Source: a virus (taxonomy: Duplodnaviria > Caudoviricetes). Taken from it: a stretch of DNA of 61,603 nt. Made by a program: the position numbers and the translations under genes. Under the pieces are notes generated by a model that saw only the letters and a program-made list of their open reading frames with translations, searched no databases and had not been told where the DNA came from. Shown in pieces: positions 44,912-55,505 of the stretch. Numbering within the stretch: position 1 is the stretch's first letter; every line of letters starts with the position of its first letter. The stretch covers positions 1 through 61,603 of the IMG/VR virus record IMGVR_UViG_3300034101_004648, one strand, 5' to 3'.

Positions 44912-47900
44912 GTGTCAGATCTTCAGGTATCGCTGGCCCTCCTGCTGGAGAACCAGGCGGAGATCGCCCGCGAGCTGGAGCGGGCTGGCGGGCAGGCCGG
45001 GGCAGACTTCGGCAAGGGGCTGAGCGCACAGGCGCAGAAGGCCTTCAACGACCTCGTGAGCCAGGCGGAGAAGGCCGCGAAGGAGGCCGGGGTCCGCTTC
45101 AACCGGGTCAAGCTGCAGTTTGAGACGGTCTCCGGGGACGTGATCCCCCAGAAGACCCTGGATCAGATCGGCAAGGTCAACAAGGGCTTTGCCGAGGCAA
45201 AGCAGGCGGTAGACGCCTTCAAATCCGCGACCACCGCCGCAACGCGGGAATCGGCCGCGGGGATGAACCTGCTGGAGGCTGCCGTCACCGGTGTTGCCGT
45301 CAGCCTGACCAGCCGGCTCACCGACGCCGCCGGCACCGCCCTGGGAAGCGTCAAGGGCCTTGTCCAGGGCTTCTTGGAGCTGGACGGTGAGCTTCGCCTG
45401 GCTGCCGCCGCCGCGGGGGAAACGGGCGGTTATCAGCGGCTCAGCCAGATCGTGGACAAGGTAGGAATTGACGCGGCCGGCACCACGAAACAGGTGGCGG
45501 AGCTGGCCACGTCCCTCGTGCGGGCCGGTTTCAGCATCTCTGAGGTGGAGGGGGCCCTGGCCGGCGTGGTCCGTGGCGCCGAGGCCACCGGGACCAGTTT
45601 CGAGAGCTTCGGAAACATCGTGGGCAACACCCTGCGGGGGTTCGGGCTGGAGGTGGATCAGACCGCCCGCGTGGTGGACGTGCTGACAAACACGGCCAAC
45701 AGCAGCAACGCCTCGATCGAAGGTCTGGGCTACACCTTCGAGTACACCGCGCCGATCGCCAAAGCCCTCGGGGTGAGCCTGGAAGACGTGGCCGCCGCCG
45801 CGGGCCTGATGGCCAACGCAGGCATCCAAGGCAGCGTGGCCGGCACCGGCCTCCGCACCGGCCTGCAGAAGCTGCAGCAGGCGGCCGGGGGCGCATCGCC
45901 TGAGGTGCTGGGCCTCGTGCGCGGCCAGGAGCGACTGCAGCAAGTGATGGGCAAGCTCGGGGCCACCGTGACCGATGCAAGCGGGAAGCTCCTGCCCTTG
46001 GAACAGGTGTTCTTGCGGTTGAAGGCTGGCATGGAGAGGCTCAACCAGGCCGATCAGGTGCAGCTGGCGAATGTGTTGTTCGGCGATGACGCGGGCTCCA
46101 AGTTCTTGTCAATCACGAACCAGAGCAGCTCAGCCATCACCAAGATGTTCGCGGACCTCCGCAACAGCAAAGGCGCCACCGATACCGCTCGCACCGCCAT
46201 GGCTGGGATGGGCCTGGAAATCCAGCAGCTCACCGGCACCATGGACAGCCTTCGCAACAACATCGGCGGGGTGATGGCGGCGGGGCTCCGGCCCCTGGTG
46301 CAGGCGGCCAACCTTGCCGTCGGGGCCATCTCGGGCCTACCCAAGCCGGTGAAGGACACCGGGGCAGCGCTGATCGCCTTGGGGATTGCCTCCACGGGCG
46401 CCGCGATCAGCATTGCCGCGCTCAATCTGGTGCTGGCCCAGACCGGCGGGCTTGCGGGCTTGGCCGTTGCAGCACGGGCCGCCAGTGTGGCCGTGGCCGG
46501 GATTGGGGGGAGCCTTGCGATCGTGGCCGCCGCCACCGCCGGGATCCTGCTGGCAACCGGGGCGTTCAAGGAGATGGATCAGACCACCAAAACCCTGGTT
46601 CAAACCACCATCGCACTGGGGGCCGGCGTCCTCGTGTTCCGGGGTATCGCCGCAGCCGCTGGAATCGCTGCAACCGGGCTGAGCTTGCTCAACATTCAAC
46701 TCGGCAGGACAGCTGTGCTCACCTCCTTGGCCTCTGGCGCCGCAAGGGGTGGATTCATCGCTGGACTGGTCGGCGCTGCCGCAACCGCCGTGGGCGTGTA
46801 CGCGGTGCTCAATAACAACATCAAGGCGACAGGCCAGGAAACCGAAGCACTCAGCAGCAAGGCCCGCGGACTGAAAGATCAGATCGCGCAGCTTCAAAAA
46901 GAGATTGCAGACGGGAAAAAACTGGGCATTGATACCACCGAGGCACAGAAGCGGGTGAATGAGCTTTACATGCAACTGCGAGAAGTTGAGGGACCGCTGG
47001 AGATCAAGCTGAGCATTGATAAGGCGAAGGCTGAACTTAAGACGCTGAGAGAGGAGTATGACAAGCTGGGAGAAGGGGATCGGCAAAAGGCGCCACTGCA
47101 GGCCAAGGTGGATGGAGCTGAGCGCTACCTCAAGCTACTGCAACAGATCGACCAAGGGCAGAAAGTGACGGACGCCTCCCCGGTGGCTCAGCAAGGCGCC
47201 AAGGACCTCGCTGAGCTTGAGAAGCGGGTAAAGGGGCTGCTGGCCAAGAAGATCAGCCTCCCTGTTGGCGCCCCCGAGCAGAAAGACATAGACGAAGCCT
47301 TGGATGTTTATCAGCGCCAGATTGATCTTAGGAAGATCGGAATTAAGACCGTGATTGATCGAGAGGAGGCCTTGCGGCAACTCAGCAGCCTGCAAGCTGA
47401 CATCGCCATAGCGCTATCCAAGGGTGCCGATCCATCCAAGCTCCGCAGCCAACTGCTGCCGCTGCAAATTCAAGTCAGGAATCTTGATATTGAACGCGAG
47501 AGAATCAACAAGGATCTAGCGGCAACATTGGATCGGCAGGTTGCCGCAGACGGCAAGCGGGTGCTCACCGCAAAGGAGCAACTGGAGGTAGCAAAGGGCA
47601 AGCTCACGGTTGAGCAGGCCAGTGCCAGCCTGGCCGACAAGATCGCCGGCCAAGACACCGCACGCCTGCGGACCATCCAACAGGTGGCCGATGCCTACGT
47701 GAACCTCGCCAGCGCTCAGGCGGCGCTTACTCAAAGCGGCTTTGACGTGGAGCGCAGTCGCAACAGCAACCGCCTCAGCCTGGCAGAGAAGGAGCTGCAG
47801 TTCCTGCGAGAGCGCGGGGGAAACGCACAAGTGATTCAGCAGGCAGAGGAGCGGATTGCGGCGATCAAGCGGGATGGAGAGGGGATCGAATACCGCAGCA

Positions 47901-48934
47901 TGAGATCCGGCATTGAGGCCACGGCACAGCGGTTTGAAATGGAGCGCAAGGTGCTGGAGCTGAAGCAGGCGGGACAGCTCCTGGAGCAGCAGGGTGCCAT
48001 GCGGGCGGCCGATCGGGCGGTTCTGCAGGAGCGCCAACAGTTGCTTGAGTTGCGCAGCAAGCTGGCGGATCCAAGCACCACGGCACTGCAAAAACCATTC
48101 CTCAACGATCAAATCAAGCTGCAGGGGGAATCCATCAAGGCCGCGCAGTCGCTGGCCGGGATTGAGCGTGAGCGAATGGCCAACCTCGGAATGATCTTCG
48201 GGCTGGAGCGCCAAACACAAGAAGCGCAGCAGGGGACCGCCGCCAACCAGCAGCGGGCCGCAGCAGCCAGCAAGGGATGGGAAGAGAGCCTAGGGGGCGC
48301 CTTGGCTGCAGTGGACAAGGCCGCTGCTGGTGTTGATCGGCTGCGACAGGTGTTCGTCGGCACGATCCAGGCCGGCAATGGCCCGGTGGAGCAGATCTAC
48401 GCCGCAGCATCAGGCCTGCCCGAGCCCCTGCGCAACGCGACCGATGCAGCCAATGGGTTGGCCGATGGGTTCGCGACGGCCAACGCCCAAGCCAATGTCC
48501 TGCTCCAGACCGTTTCCAAGCTCGCCAACGCCCCTGCTGCCCGCTGGGCCGGCGGCGGGGTGGATCCGGGCGGCCGGTATCAGGTGAACGAGCTGGGCGC
48601 GGAGAGCTTCCTGAGCCGCTCCGGCGCCCTGTCGCTGATCCATGCGCCGGCCTACGGCTCCTGGAGCCCGCCCTCCCCCGGCATGGTGCTCCCCGCGGGG
48701 CTCACAGCCCGGCTGGATGCCATGGGCGCCTTCGGTGGCGGACCCGCCCCCCTGCTGGCTGGCATGGCCCCGGCTGCCGGGGGTGGCGGCGCTGCGTCGC
48801 AGGCGGCGGCCCTGGGGCGCCTCCAGCGCTCGATCGATGCCCTGGAAGGCACCATGCGGTCGTATCGGCCTGAGGTCACCGTCAACCTGCCCGGCAACGC
48901 CGGCTTCCTCCGCACCCTGCAGGGCCTCCAATGA
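44912..48934 (+). CDS. tape measure protein (TP901 family)
   Basis: 1340 aa, helical; VVDVLTNTANSSNASIEGLG...AGIQGSVAGTGLR core. Confidence 0.92.
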   Translation: MSDLQVSLALLLENQAEIARELERAGGQAGADFGKGLSAQAQKAFNDLVSQAEKAAKEAGVRFNRVKLQFETVSGDVIPQKTLDQIGKVNKGFAEAKQAVDAFKSATTAATRESAAGMNLLEAAVTGVAVSLTSRLTDAAGTALGSVKGLVQGFLELDGELRLAAAAAGETGGYQRLSQIVDKVGIDAAGTTKQVAELATSLVRAGFSISEVEGALAGVVRGAEATGTSFESFGNIVGNTLRGFGLEVDQTARVVDVLTNTANSSNASIEGLGYTFEYTAPIAKALGVSLEDVAAAAGLMANAGIQGSVAGTGLRTGLQKLQQAAGGASPEVLGLVRGQERLQQVMGKLGATVTDASGKLLPLEQVFLRLKAGMERLNQADQVQLANVLFGDDAGSKFLSITNQSSSAITKMFADLRNSKGATDTARTAMAGMGLEIQQLTGTMDSLRNNIGGVMAAGLRPLVQAANLAVGAISGLPKPVKDTGAALIALGIASTGAAISIAALNLVLAQTGGLAGLAVAARAASVAVAGIGGSLAIVAAATAGILLATGAFKEMDQTTKTLVQTTIALGAGVLVFRGIAAAAGIAATGLSLLNIQLGRTAVLTSLASGAARGGFIAGLVGAAATAVGVYAVLNNNIKATGQETEALSSKARGLKDQIAQLQKEIADGKKLGIDTTEAQKRVNELYMQLREVEGPLEIKLSIDKAKAELKTLREEYDKLGEGDRQKAPLQAKVDGAERYLKLLQQIDQGQKVTDASPVAQQGAKDLAELEKRVKGLLAKKISLPVGAPEQKDIDEALDVYQRQIDLRKIGIKTVIDREEALRQLSSLQADIAIALSKGADPSKLRSQLLPLQIQVRNLDIERERINKDLAATLDRQVAADGKRVLTAKEQLEVAKGKLTVEQASASLADKIAGQDTARLRTIQQVADAYVNLASAQAALTQSGFDVERSRNSNRLSLAEKELQFLRERGGNAQVIQQAEERIAAIKRDGEGIEYRSMRSGIEATAQRFEMERKVLELKQAGQLLEQQGAMRAADRAVLQERQQLLELRSKLADPSTTALQKPFLNDQIKLQGESIKAAQSLAGIERERMANLGMIFGLERQTQEAQQGTAANQQRAAAASKGWEESLGGALAAVDKAAAGVDRLRQVFVGTIQAGNGPVEQIYAAASGLPEPLRNATDAANGLADGFATANAQANVLLQTVSKLANAPAARWAGGGVDPGGRYQVNELGAESFLSRSGALSLIHAPAYGSWSPPSPGMVLPAGLTARLDAMGAFGGGPAPLLAGMAPAAGGGGAASQAAALGRLQRSIDALEGTMRSYRPEVTVNLPGNAGFLRTLQGLQ

Positions 48935-49686
48935 TCACCATCTCCTACAGCGGCACCACCTACACCTTCCCGAACCTCACGGAGCACCCTTTCGGCTACG
49001 ACGAGGTGGACGTGCGCCGGGGCCGGGCCGCCAGGCGGTGGGCCCTCTCGGGCATCGTGAACCGCGAAGACGGGGCCACGATCGCCGGCCTCTATGCCGC
49101 CTGGAACGCGGTGAAGATCCTGGAGGATGACCCGGTGCTCACTGGCGCGGTGGGGGCCACCGTGGGCCTGACCGGCGCCGCGCCGGGCTTTGCGTGGGCC
49201 TCGGCGGTGCCCTGCTGGTTCGCCTCGGCCCCCTCAATCGCCATGGCGGGGATGTTCTGCCGGGTGAGCACCACCCTTGTGGACGCCTCCCAGTCGCTGG
49301 CCATCCTGCTGCGGCAGGGTGAAGAGGAGGCGGAGCAGGCCGCGCAGCTCAGCCTGGGCACCCTGACCTTCGGGAGCGCCACCGTGAATTTGACCGCTCG
49401 GCCCGACGGCTTCACCGATCTGCCGGCCCTGGCGCTCACCCCCGGCGGGCGGCACGTGATCACCGGGCCGCTGGCCCCAACCGAAACGCGGCGGGTGCAG
49501 GGGTGGGTGACGGCCGCCAACCTGACGGCCCTGGAGACATGGCTCAAGACCACCTCCTCCGCCAGCCCCTCCGCGGGCGGGTGGTTCCCCACCGAATGGT
49601 CGGAGCCAGTGGCCAGGCGCCGCGCTGATGGCGGCACGATCGGCACTTACTACGACGTGTCCTTCGCGGTGACGAAGTACCGATGA
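48931..49686 (+). CDS. putative distal tail protein
   Basis: Directly after the tape measure gene, coupled. Confidence 0.55.
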   Translation: MITISYSGTTYTFPNLTEHPFGYDEVDVRRGRAARRWALSGIVNREDGATIAGLYAAWNAVKILEDDPVLTGAVGATVGLTGAAPGFAWASAVPCWFASAPSIAMAGMFCRVSTTLVDASQSLAILLRQGEEEAEQAAQLSLGTLTFGSATVNLTARPDGFTDLPALALTPGGRHVITGPLAPTETRRVQGWVTAANLTALETWLKTTSSASPSAGGWFPTEWSEPVARRRADGGTIGTYYDVSFAVTKYR

Positions 49687-52600
49687 CCGACGCTCGCGCC
49701 TATGCCTGGTGCAACCTCGGCCCCCTCGCCGAGCAGGCCAGCAGCATCGCCGAGAGCCATGTGCAGGGGTCTGGGGTGATCACCGTGAAAGGCACGGTGA
49801 ACCTCTCTGGCATCTACCGGCCGGCGCCGGGCACCATTGTGGAGCTGGCCTACAGCGATGGACAGAACTGGATTGCACGGCTCCCGTGCCGGCTGCGGGT
49901 GCTGTCGTCGTTCGCTAACCCCCTCGCCGGGAAGATCACGAGCATCAGCGTGGGTTGTGACCTGGCCTACATGGAGGCCCGCAAGCAGCCGCCCGACAGC
50001 CTCACCACACGCCAGGCCAACCCGGGCACCCCGGAGGCGGTCTGGCGTGCCGCGGCGCCTGCGATTCCTGCCAGCTGGCTGGTGGGGCAGATCCTCGCGG
50101 CCCTGGGGCTCACAGCGGCCGGGACGATCCCACTCACCAACCATTACACCCGGCAGGAGTTTGATCTGACGGCCGGCTACGTGGAGGAGCTGGGCAAGCT
50201 GGCCGCCTCTGAAGGCTATGCCGTGCGGATTACCACAGCAGGCCTCGTGGAGTTCATCAACAAGGCTCCTGGTGAGACGGGAACCGGACCGCTGCTGACC
50301 GAAGAACACCTGATTGACCTGAACCCAATCAATACCGGTGACCTGCCGGGTGATGCGGTCTATGCCAAGTACACCAGCCTGAAGCTGGTTGCGCCGTCTA
50401 ATCTTGATGAAGACCAGCTAAGCAAGCGCAACTGGGAACTAGAGGAGAGCTACGGCGCTCCCGAGAAATATATTCACCAGTGGACAGAATATGTCTTGCG
50501 CCCGGTTGTCGACAAAGATGGCAACTTGGTCTTCCGTCAACGCAAAGACGCAAACGGGCAGCTGGTTTTTTGGGTAGGGCGATCTGTTCAGTTTGGCGAG
50601 AAATCTAAAATCTTAAACGGAGCCGTGATGGATCAGGCTTTCGAGGTCAAGGCTTATCAGTTGCAGGAAACGATAGGATATATTCCTCGCACGATCACCA
50701 AGACGACTTACGACAGCAAAGACCGCGTAACTGCTCGCAAAACCCTAACCTCAAATCAATGGGCAACTGATGTATACGCCGAAACTTCTTACACATACGG
50801 CGATGACGGAGAATTGCTTTTAGAAAAAACAATAGAGTTCTCTCCCGAGGGTCCATTAAGAACTTCGTTGGGGTATCAGGGGGATTATATCTCTGTCCGT
50901 GGCGCTGGCTATGGCGCCCAGTATCAATCCGTCTACCGAGAGGTCAGGTACGAAAGATACAAAGCGGCAGGCGCAACTAAAGCGACCACCTTATCACTGG
51001 CCCCCTTTATTAGCACAGTTGACGGTCAGGAAACCATGTCGCGGTATCGCGATGCTGGCTATCAATTAGATCAAAGCCGCCTAACTCCGCTGCTTGGCAT
51101 TGCGAAGCAGCTTGTCAACTCCGGCGGCGGGGTCAGAATCAGCACCGGCCGCGAGTACGGCCTCCAGAAGCGCCCCAGCGAGGCCGAGCGCACCGCGGCA
51201 GCCAACCAGAAGGCCCCCACCGTTGAGACCACCTCCACGGCAACGTGGGCAGTGGGATCAGCCACCAGCCAGACCAGCATTGAACTGAGCCCGCCCTACG
51301 TGCCCGACGATCGGATCATCTACTCCGGCGGCACCAACGGCACGTACAGCGTGATCAAGAGCAATGCCGATCAGGCGGCGCTCCACTATGCCCGCACCGA
51401 AAACCGCCTCCTGCTGGGCCACCGGAACGGCAACGGGATCCAGGTGCTCCCCGAGCTGCTGCCAGTCGCACCCATGGGCCTTGTGTTCATCCGCCTCAAC
51501 GGCTGCACCGCCGCCTTCAGGACCAACGGGACCACCTACAACATCGACCCGCAGGGGGTGACGGCTACGACAGATTGCCTGTTCTGGGGGGCGGTGGATG
51601 GCGCCGTGGCTGATGCGTGGTTTCCGCTGCCGCCTGGCGCCACGTCGCTGCCTGCCCCTGTCGCGACCACCACCAATGCCAACCCCAAGCCCGCGAACGC
51701 CATCGCCATCCCGAACGGGTTCAGCTTTACCAGCCCCAACCTGAGCAACCTGTTCGCCTCCCTTCCCTCGGGCCAGGCTCCGGTGTTCCCGCGGACCGTC
51801 ACCCCTGGCGCGGTCCTGCGCCCGTATCACGAGACCGTCACGATCGCAGCCGGTGGTGGCGCCGGGGCGATAGCAACCGCCCTGCCATGGATTCGGCAGC
51901 CGGCCATGGAGGTGCTGGCGGGCGGCGGAGCAGGGGCGATAGCCGAATTGGTGAAAGTAGTAACCGCAGGCAGCGGGTCTGGGGTTATTGCAGACCTGTC
52001 AGCTGAGATCACTCCAGAGCAGTTGTATGCAGGCAGCGGGTCTGGGGTTATCGCAAGCCTGTCTGCCGAGATCACCCCAGAGCGGTTGCTTGCAGGCAGC
52101 GGGTCTGGGGTGATCTCGGATCTCTCGGGTGAACTACTCATAGAGCGGTTGCTTGCAGGTAGTGGGTCTGGAGTTATTGCGGACCTGTCAGCTGAAACCC
52201 TTGTATTGCTTGCGGGGAGCGGGTCTGGTGTTATTTTGGATGAAGACGCCGCGGATCCCGACTTTGCATCGGTAATCGTGCTCTGTGGATTTAATGGATC
52301 CGATGGGTCTACGACTATTGTTGATGAAGGCCCGCTGGGACTCACGCTAACAGCATCGGGAAGTGCTCAAATTTCTACAGCGCAATCCGTATTTGGTGGC
52401 AGCTCGCTAAGCATGACGGGCGCCGGACGCGTAGCTCTGCCCCACAATTCTAGCCTGGTCTTTACCGGCGATTTTACTTTAGATGCTAGATGTCGATTTA
52501 ATGTTGCAAATAGGAAGGACATGATACTAGGCGGGCGTTCCTTAACTGTAAATATGCAATTTGCAAGGGAAAGCGAGGCGGAGTTATCGATGTATAACGG

Positions 52601-52871
52601 CGCGTCTCAGACAGTTTCCTTTGCAACTGTAGCTAATACTTGGTATGCACTGCGTTGGGCACGAAGCGGTTCAACCGTTTATTTCTTTGCAGGTGGAACA
52701 CTTCTCGGTACGAGGACGCTAACGGGCTCGTTTGATTTCTCGGCCGGCGCCATTGGGGACCTGTTTGGCTTTGGCACCCTTGATGGCTTTATTGATGAAT
52801 TTAGGCTGACAGCCATGTGCCGGTCAACGACTTCTTATGTAGTGGATTCCAAGCCATTCCCAAGACGGTAA
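49683..52871 (+). CDS. tail tip/hub protein with repeat stalk and C-terminal LamG/ConA-like domain
   Basis: DPDFASVIVL..FNGSDGSTT...FGGSSL...DFTL...GFIDEFRLT. Confidence 0.7.
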   Translation: MTDARAYAWCNLGPLAEQASSIAESHVQGSGVITVKGTVNLSGIYRPAPGTIVELAYSDGQNWIARLPCRLRVLSSFANPLAGKITSISVGCDLAYMEARKQPPDSLTTRQANPGTPEAVWRAAAPAIPASWLVGQILAALGLTAAGTIPLTNHYTRQEFDLTAGYVEELGKLAASEGYAVRITTAGLVEFINKAPGETGTGPLLTEEHLIDLNPINTGDLPGDAVYAKYTSLKLVAPSNLDEDQLSKRNWELEESYGAPEKYIHQWTEYVLRPVVDKDGNLVFRQRKDANGQLVFWVGRSVQFGEKSKILNGAVMDQAFEVKAYQLQETIGYIPRTITKTTYDSKDRVTARKTLTSNQWATDVYAETSYTYGDDGELLLEKTIEFSPEGPLRTSLGYQGDYISVRGAGYGAQYQSVYREVRYERYKAAGATKATTLSLAPFISTVDGQETMSRYRDAGYQLDQSRLTPLLGIAKQLVNSGGGVRISTGREYGLQKRPSEAERTAAANQKAPTVETTSTATWAVGSATSQTSIELSPPYVPDDRIIYSGGTNGTYSVIKSNADQAALHYARTENRLLLGHRNGNGIQVLPELLPVAPMGLVFIRLNGCTAAFRTNGTTYNIDPQGVTATTDCLFWGAVDGAVADAWFPLPPGATSLPAPVATTTNANPKPANAIAIPNGFSFTSPNLSNLFASLPSGQAPVFPRTVTPGAVLRPYHETVTIAAGGGAGAIATALPWIRQPAMEVLAGGGAGAIAELVKVVTAGSGSGVIADLSAEITPEQLYAGSGSGVIASLSAEITPERLLAGSGSGVISDLSGELLIERLLAGSGSGVIADLSAETLVLLAGSGSGVILDEDAADPDFASVIVLCGFNGSDGSTTIVDEGPLGLTLTASGSAQISTAQSVFGGSSLSMTGAGRVALPHNSSLVFTGDFTLDARCRFNVANRKDMILGGRSLTVNMQFARESEAELSMYNGASQTVSFATVANTWYALRWARSGSTVYFFAGGTLLGTRTLTGSFDFSAGAIGDLFGFGTLDGFIDEFRLTAMCRSTTSYVVDSKPFPRR
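51845..52240 (+). repeat. in-frame tandem repeats AG(S/G)G(S/A)G(V/A)I, mostly with ~63-bp period
   Basis: About seven imperfect copies. Confidence 0.8.
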
Positions 52872-52897
52872 AGCAGGTTCTGAACTTTCCGCTGTTC

Positions 52898-52907
52898 CGG
52901 GAAAACT
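52898..52907 (+). promoter_or_regulatory. late motif CGGGAAAACT
   Basis: 30 nt before 52928. Confidence 0.7.
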
Positions 52908-52927
52908 GAAGCAGTTACGGAACGCCC

Positions 52928-53371
52928 ATGCCTGCCGCAATGCTGCAGACCCCCTACGAGGCCGAACGGTTGTTTGCCGGGGACTATGCCGGCAAGAAAG
53001 CCCGCCTATGCCTAGCAACAACCACATCGGGATCCCCCAACCTCAGCTCAAACACGGCGGCATGGGATGCCGTAGAGCGCAGCGGCTCGGGCTATGCACG
53101 GTGCGAGTGGACAATCCCAGCGGGGGCCTTCAACACCACCACAGACCGCTTTGAGGCGGGCACGTACAACTGCACGTTCACCGCTTCAGGCTCAGCGCTT
53201 ACCTGGAACGCTGCCTATCTGGTGATCGGCACGATCAGCGGCAGCACCGTGACCTGGGGCACTGGCGTGTCGTTTGTGCTCACCGAGAGCCCAAGTATCA
53301 GCCTTGCAGCGGGATTGAGCCGCATCTACACGGTTCAGTTATTCACCGATGGGTTCACGGTGACGGCCTGA
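52928..53371 (+). CDS. virion structural protein, paralog 1
   Basis: Tandem duplicate of the next gene. Confidence 0.7.
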   Translation: MPAAMLQTPYEAERLFAGDYAGKKARLCLATTTSGSPNLSSNTAAWDAVERSGSGYARCEWTIPAGAFNTTTDRFEAGTYNCTFTASGSALTWNAAYLVIGTISGSTVTWGTGVSFVLTESPSISLAAGLSRIYTVQLFTDGFTVTA

Positions 53372-53391
53372 TCGGGAAAGCTATGCACAAC

Positions 53392-53401
53392 CGGGAAAAC
53401 T
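53392..53401 (+). promoter_or_regulatory. late motif CGGGAAAACT
   Basis: 30 nt before 53422. Confidence 0.7.
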
Positions 53402-53421
53402 GAAGCAGATACGGAACGCCC

Positions 53422-53871
53422 ATGCCTGCGGCAATGATTCTGACCCCCTTTGAGACGGGGCGGTTGTTTGCCAACAGTTACGCCGGCAAAAAGGCTCGGC
53501 TGTGCTTGGCCGTCAACACTGGAGCGCTGGGTCCGGCAAGCACCACCGCCCAGTGGGATGCAGTAGAGCTGGCCGGCAACGGCTACGCCAGATATGAATG
53601 GACGGTCCCCTCCGGCAGCTACAACAGCACCGCGGAGAGGTTTGAGGTGCCGGCTCAGCTCTGCGAATTTTCAGCCTCGTCCGGGGGTGCAGGCCTGGAC
53701 TGGAACACCGCCTACCTCGTGATCGGCACGATCGGCGGCGGTGGGGCCGTCACGTGGAATACGGGTGTTTCGTTTGTGCTTCCCGAAAGCCCGAACATTG
53801 TGCTCAGCCCAGGCGAGCCACGCAGTTACAACGTGCTCCTGTTCACTGATGGCTTCCTGGTGACGGCCTGA
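53422..53871 (+). CDS. virion structural protein, paralog 2
   Basis: Shares YAGKKARLCLA and LFTDGFxVTA with paralog 1. Confidence 0.7.
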   Translation: MPAAMILTPFETGRLFANSYAGKKARLCLAVNTGALGPASTTAQWDAVELAGNGYARYEWTVPSGSYNSTAERFEVPAQLCEFSASSGGAGLDWNTAYLVIGTIGGGGAVTWNTGVSFVLPESPNIVLSPGEPRSYNVLLFTDGFLVTA

Positions 53872-55310
53872 TGCCTGCCCGCGTCAACCTCAACGTTCCG
53901 TCGCGGCTGATTGAGTCCGCCAGGGCCGCGCAATACGCCAACCGCGAGGCGCTGGGCGGCAGGACACTGGCCGACAAGATCAAGGCGAAGGCCAGGGTCC
54001 GTCGCGATGCTGCGCTGAGGGCGCAACCGCTGCCGCCTGATCAAGCTGGCGAGGCGCCGGAGGGGCGGGATCCGCTGAAGTGGCGGATATGGAGGAAGAG
54101 GAGGCCTTTCAGGCCGGTAGATGTAGGGGTGGCCTGGCTACACATTGGAAAGAATTACACTCTTATTGCAAATGAGATAGTGGACACCGAAACTGTAATA
54201 CCCTATGAACATCCAGAGGAAGGTATAATAGGCCCCTGGACTGTCGGTGACACTTATACCAATAGGAAAAAAACCACGCGTTCCGCAAGCGCTTCGCTAG
54301 AGCTTGTTGTTACAGTCGGAGCCAGATCAGGCGAAAGGTGGAAACAGTTCAGGCATAGCCTGACATTTACCCTCACGTCAGCCGATACCTTTGAAGAAAC
54401 TTGGACTAAGATCAATGGCCCAAACGATATCTTTGGTAACCCTACAAATTTTATAGAGAAAAATGACCGATCTTTTGGGAGCGGCACCAGCAACTTTTTC
54501 TTAGGGCTTTGGTGGAACATGCTCCCCGCTGGTCAGTCAGATATGATACTCGTCGTTTCAATAGCTCAGTACCATCGCAATTATGCGTATGAACGACTGG
54601 GGTCCGGCCCCCTTGTTTTTTCTCCTAATAACTTTACAATACAAAACACGACGCACACCTGCTTTTTGGTAACCGAGTCCGATGTTGTCGAGCTGACACA
54701 GCCTCTTCCTGCGTTTATGCAAAAAAAGATAGACTCTGTGCCGGCTGAATACGCGGCGGGTCAAACTACGTATGGATACGACATTCTTGTCTACCCCCTT
54801 ATTCCCATAAGGTTGGCTGTGCCTCAACCGGCCATTGGTGTCTATCAAGTCAATCATCCCAGCCCTTATGTTGCTACAGAGCTGAGCTTGTCTCAACCGG
54901 CCGCTAGCCCTTATCGGATAGTTTTCAACAGTGTTTCATCTGTTGTCTATGAAAGCATTGCCCCCGATGGCACTTTTGGCGTAGTCTCAGCACAGCAAGC
55001 AAAAACCTCATACGCTGAATACAGCGGAAACCCGGAGATCCCTGTCTTGGGTTACAAACGCGATGATCCATCAGCCGCAAGCACACCCAAAACGGAAAGA
55101 GGGGTTTTTGGCATTATTACCGGCGCAAGTGTTACCGAGCCAGTGACACCTGAAATGCTTGCCCTTGGCCTGGAGGATGAATTAGAGCAGGTCCCAGGAC
55201 CGGACGCAGCGAACCAACCCGAGCCGGTTCAGATGGTCGCTGCCTACGACTACCACGGCGGCTCCTATTGCCGTGATCGGCTTGAACTGCTTGGCATTGA
55301 CGTACCGTGA
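53871..55310 (+). CDS. virion protein with a lower-GC body (possible receptor-binding protein)
   Basis: GC-rich ends, AT-richer middle. Confidence 0.6.
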   Translation: MPARVNLNVPSRLIESARAAQYANREALGGRTLADKIKAKARVRRDAALRAQPLPPDQAGEAPEGRDPLKWRIWRKRRPFRPVDVGVAWLHIGKNYTLIANEIVDTETVIPYEHPEEGIIGPWTVGDTYTNRKKTTRSASASLELVVTVGARSGERWKQFRHSLTFTLTSADTFEETWTKINGPNDIFGNPTNFIEKNDRSFGSGTSNFFLGLWWNMLPAGQSDMILVVSIAQYHRNYAYERLGSGPLVFSPNNFTIQNTTHTCFLVTESDVVELTQPLPAFMQKKIDSVPAEYAAGQTTYGYDILVYPLIPIRLAVPQPAIGVYQVNHPSPYVATELSLSQPAASPYRIVFNSVSSVVYESIAPDGTFGVVSAQQAKTSYAEYSGNPEIPVLGYKRDDPSAASTPKTERGVFGIITGASVTEPVTPEMLALGLEDELEQVPGPDAANQPEPVQMVAAYDYHGGSYCRDRLELLGIDVP

Positions 55311-55444
55311 CCACCCCCCAACCCCAGCCCCCACTGATCCAAACCGCCCAGCTTGTGGCCCTGGCCAACCGTCAGCGGCTGCTGCAGCGGCAGGCCGAGG
55401 AGCGGGCCATCGCCAAGGCCGTGGCGCAGGCCCTGAAGGGCTGA
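55307..55444 (+). CDS. 45-aa helical peptide resembling the N-terminus of 53871
   Basis: LIQTAQLVALANRQRL vs LIESARAAQYANREAL; GTGA overlap. Confidence 0.45.
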   Translation: MTTPQPQPPLIQTAQLVALANRQRLLQRQAEERAIAKAVAQALKG

Positions 55445-55454
55445 GGCTGCCGAC

Positions 55455-55464
55455 CGGGAAAACT
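55455..55464 (+). promoter_or_regulatory. late motif CGGGAAAACT
   Basis: 51 nt before the scaffold start, with a hairpin in between. Confidence 0.65.
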
Positions 55465-55505
55465 GTGGCGCACCTTGCACCGGCGGAGCGATTCCCCGGA
55501 AACGC

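Noticed and set aside
28174-48931. Many long antisense or alternative-frame ORFs (e.g. 29499-30635, 42910-44175, 44915-45943)
   Set aside because: Shadow ORFs of GC-rich coding sequence with no motifs. The basic RDxxGRF ORFs were kept because they share paralogous motifs and have promoters at fixed spacing
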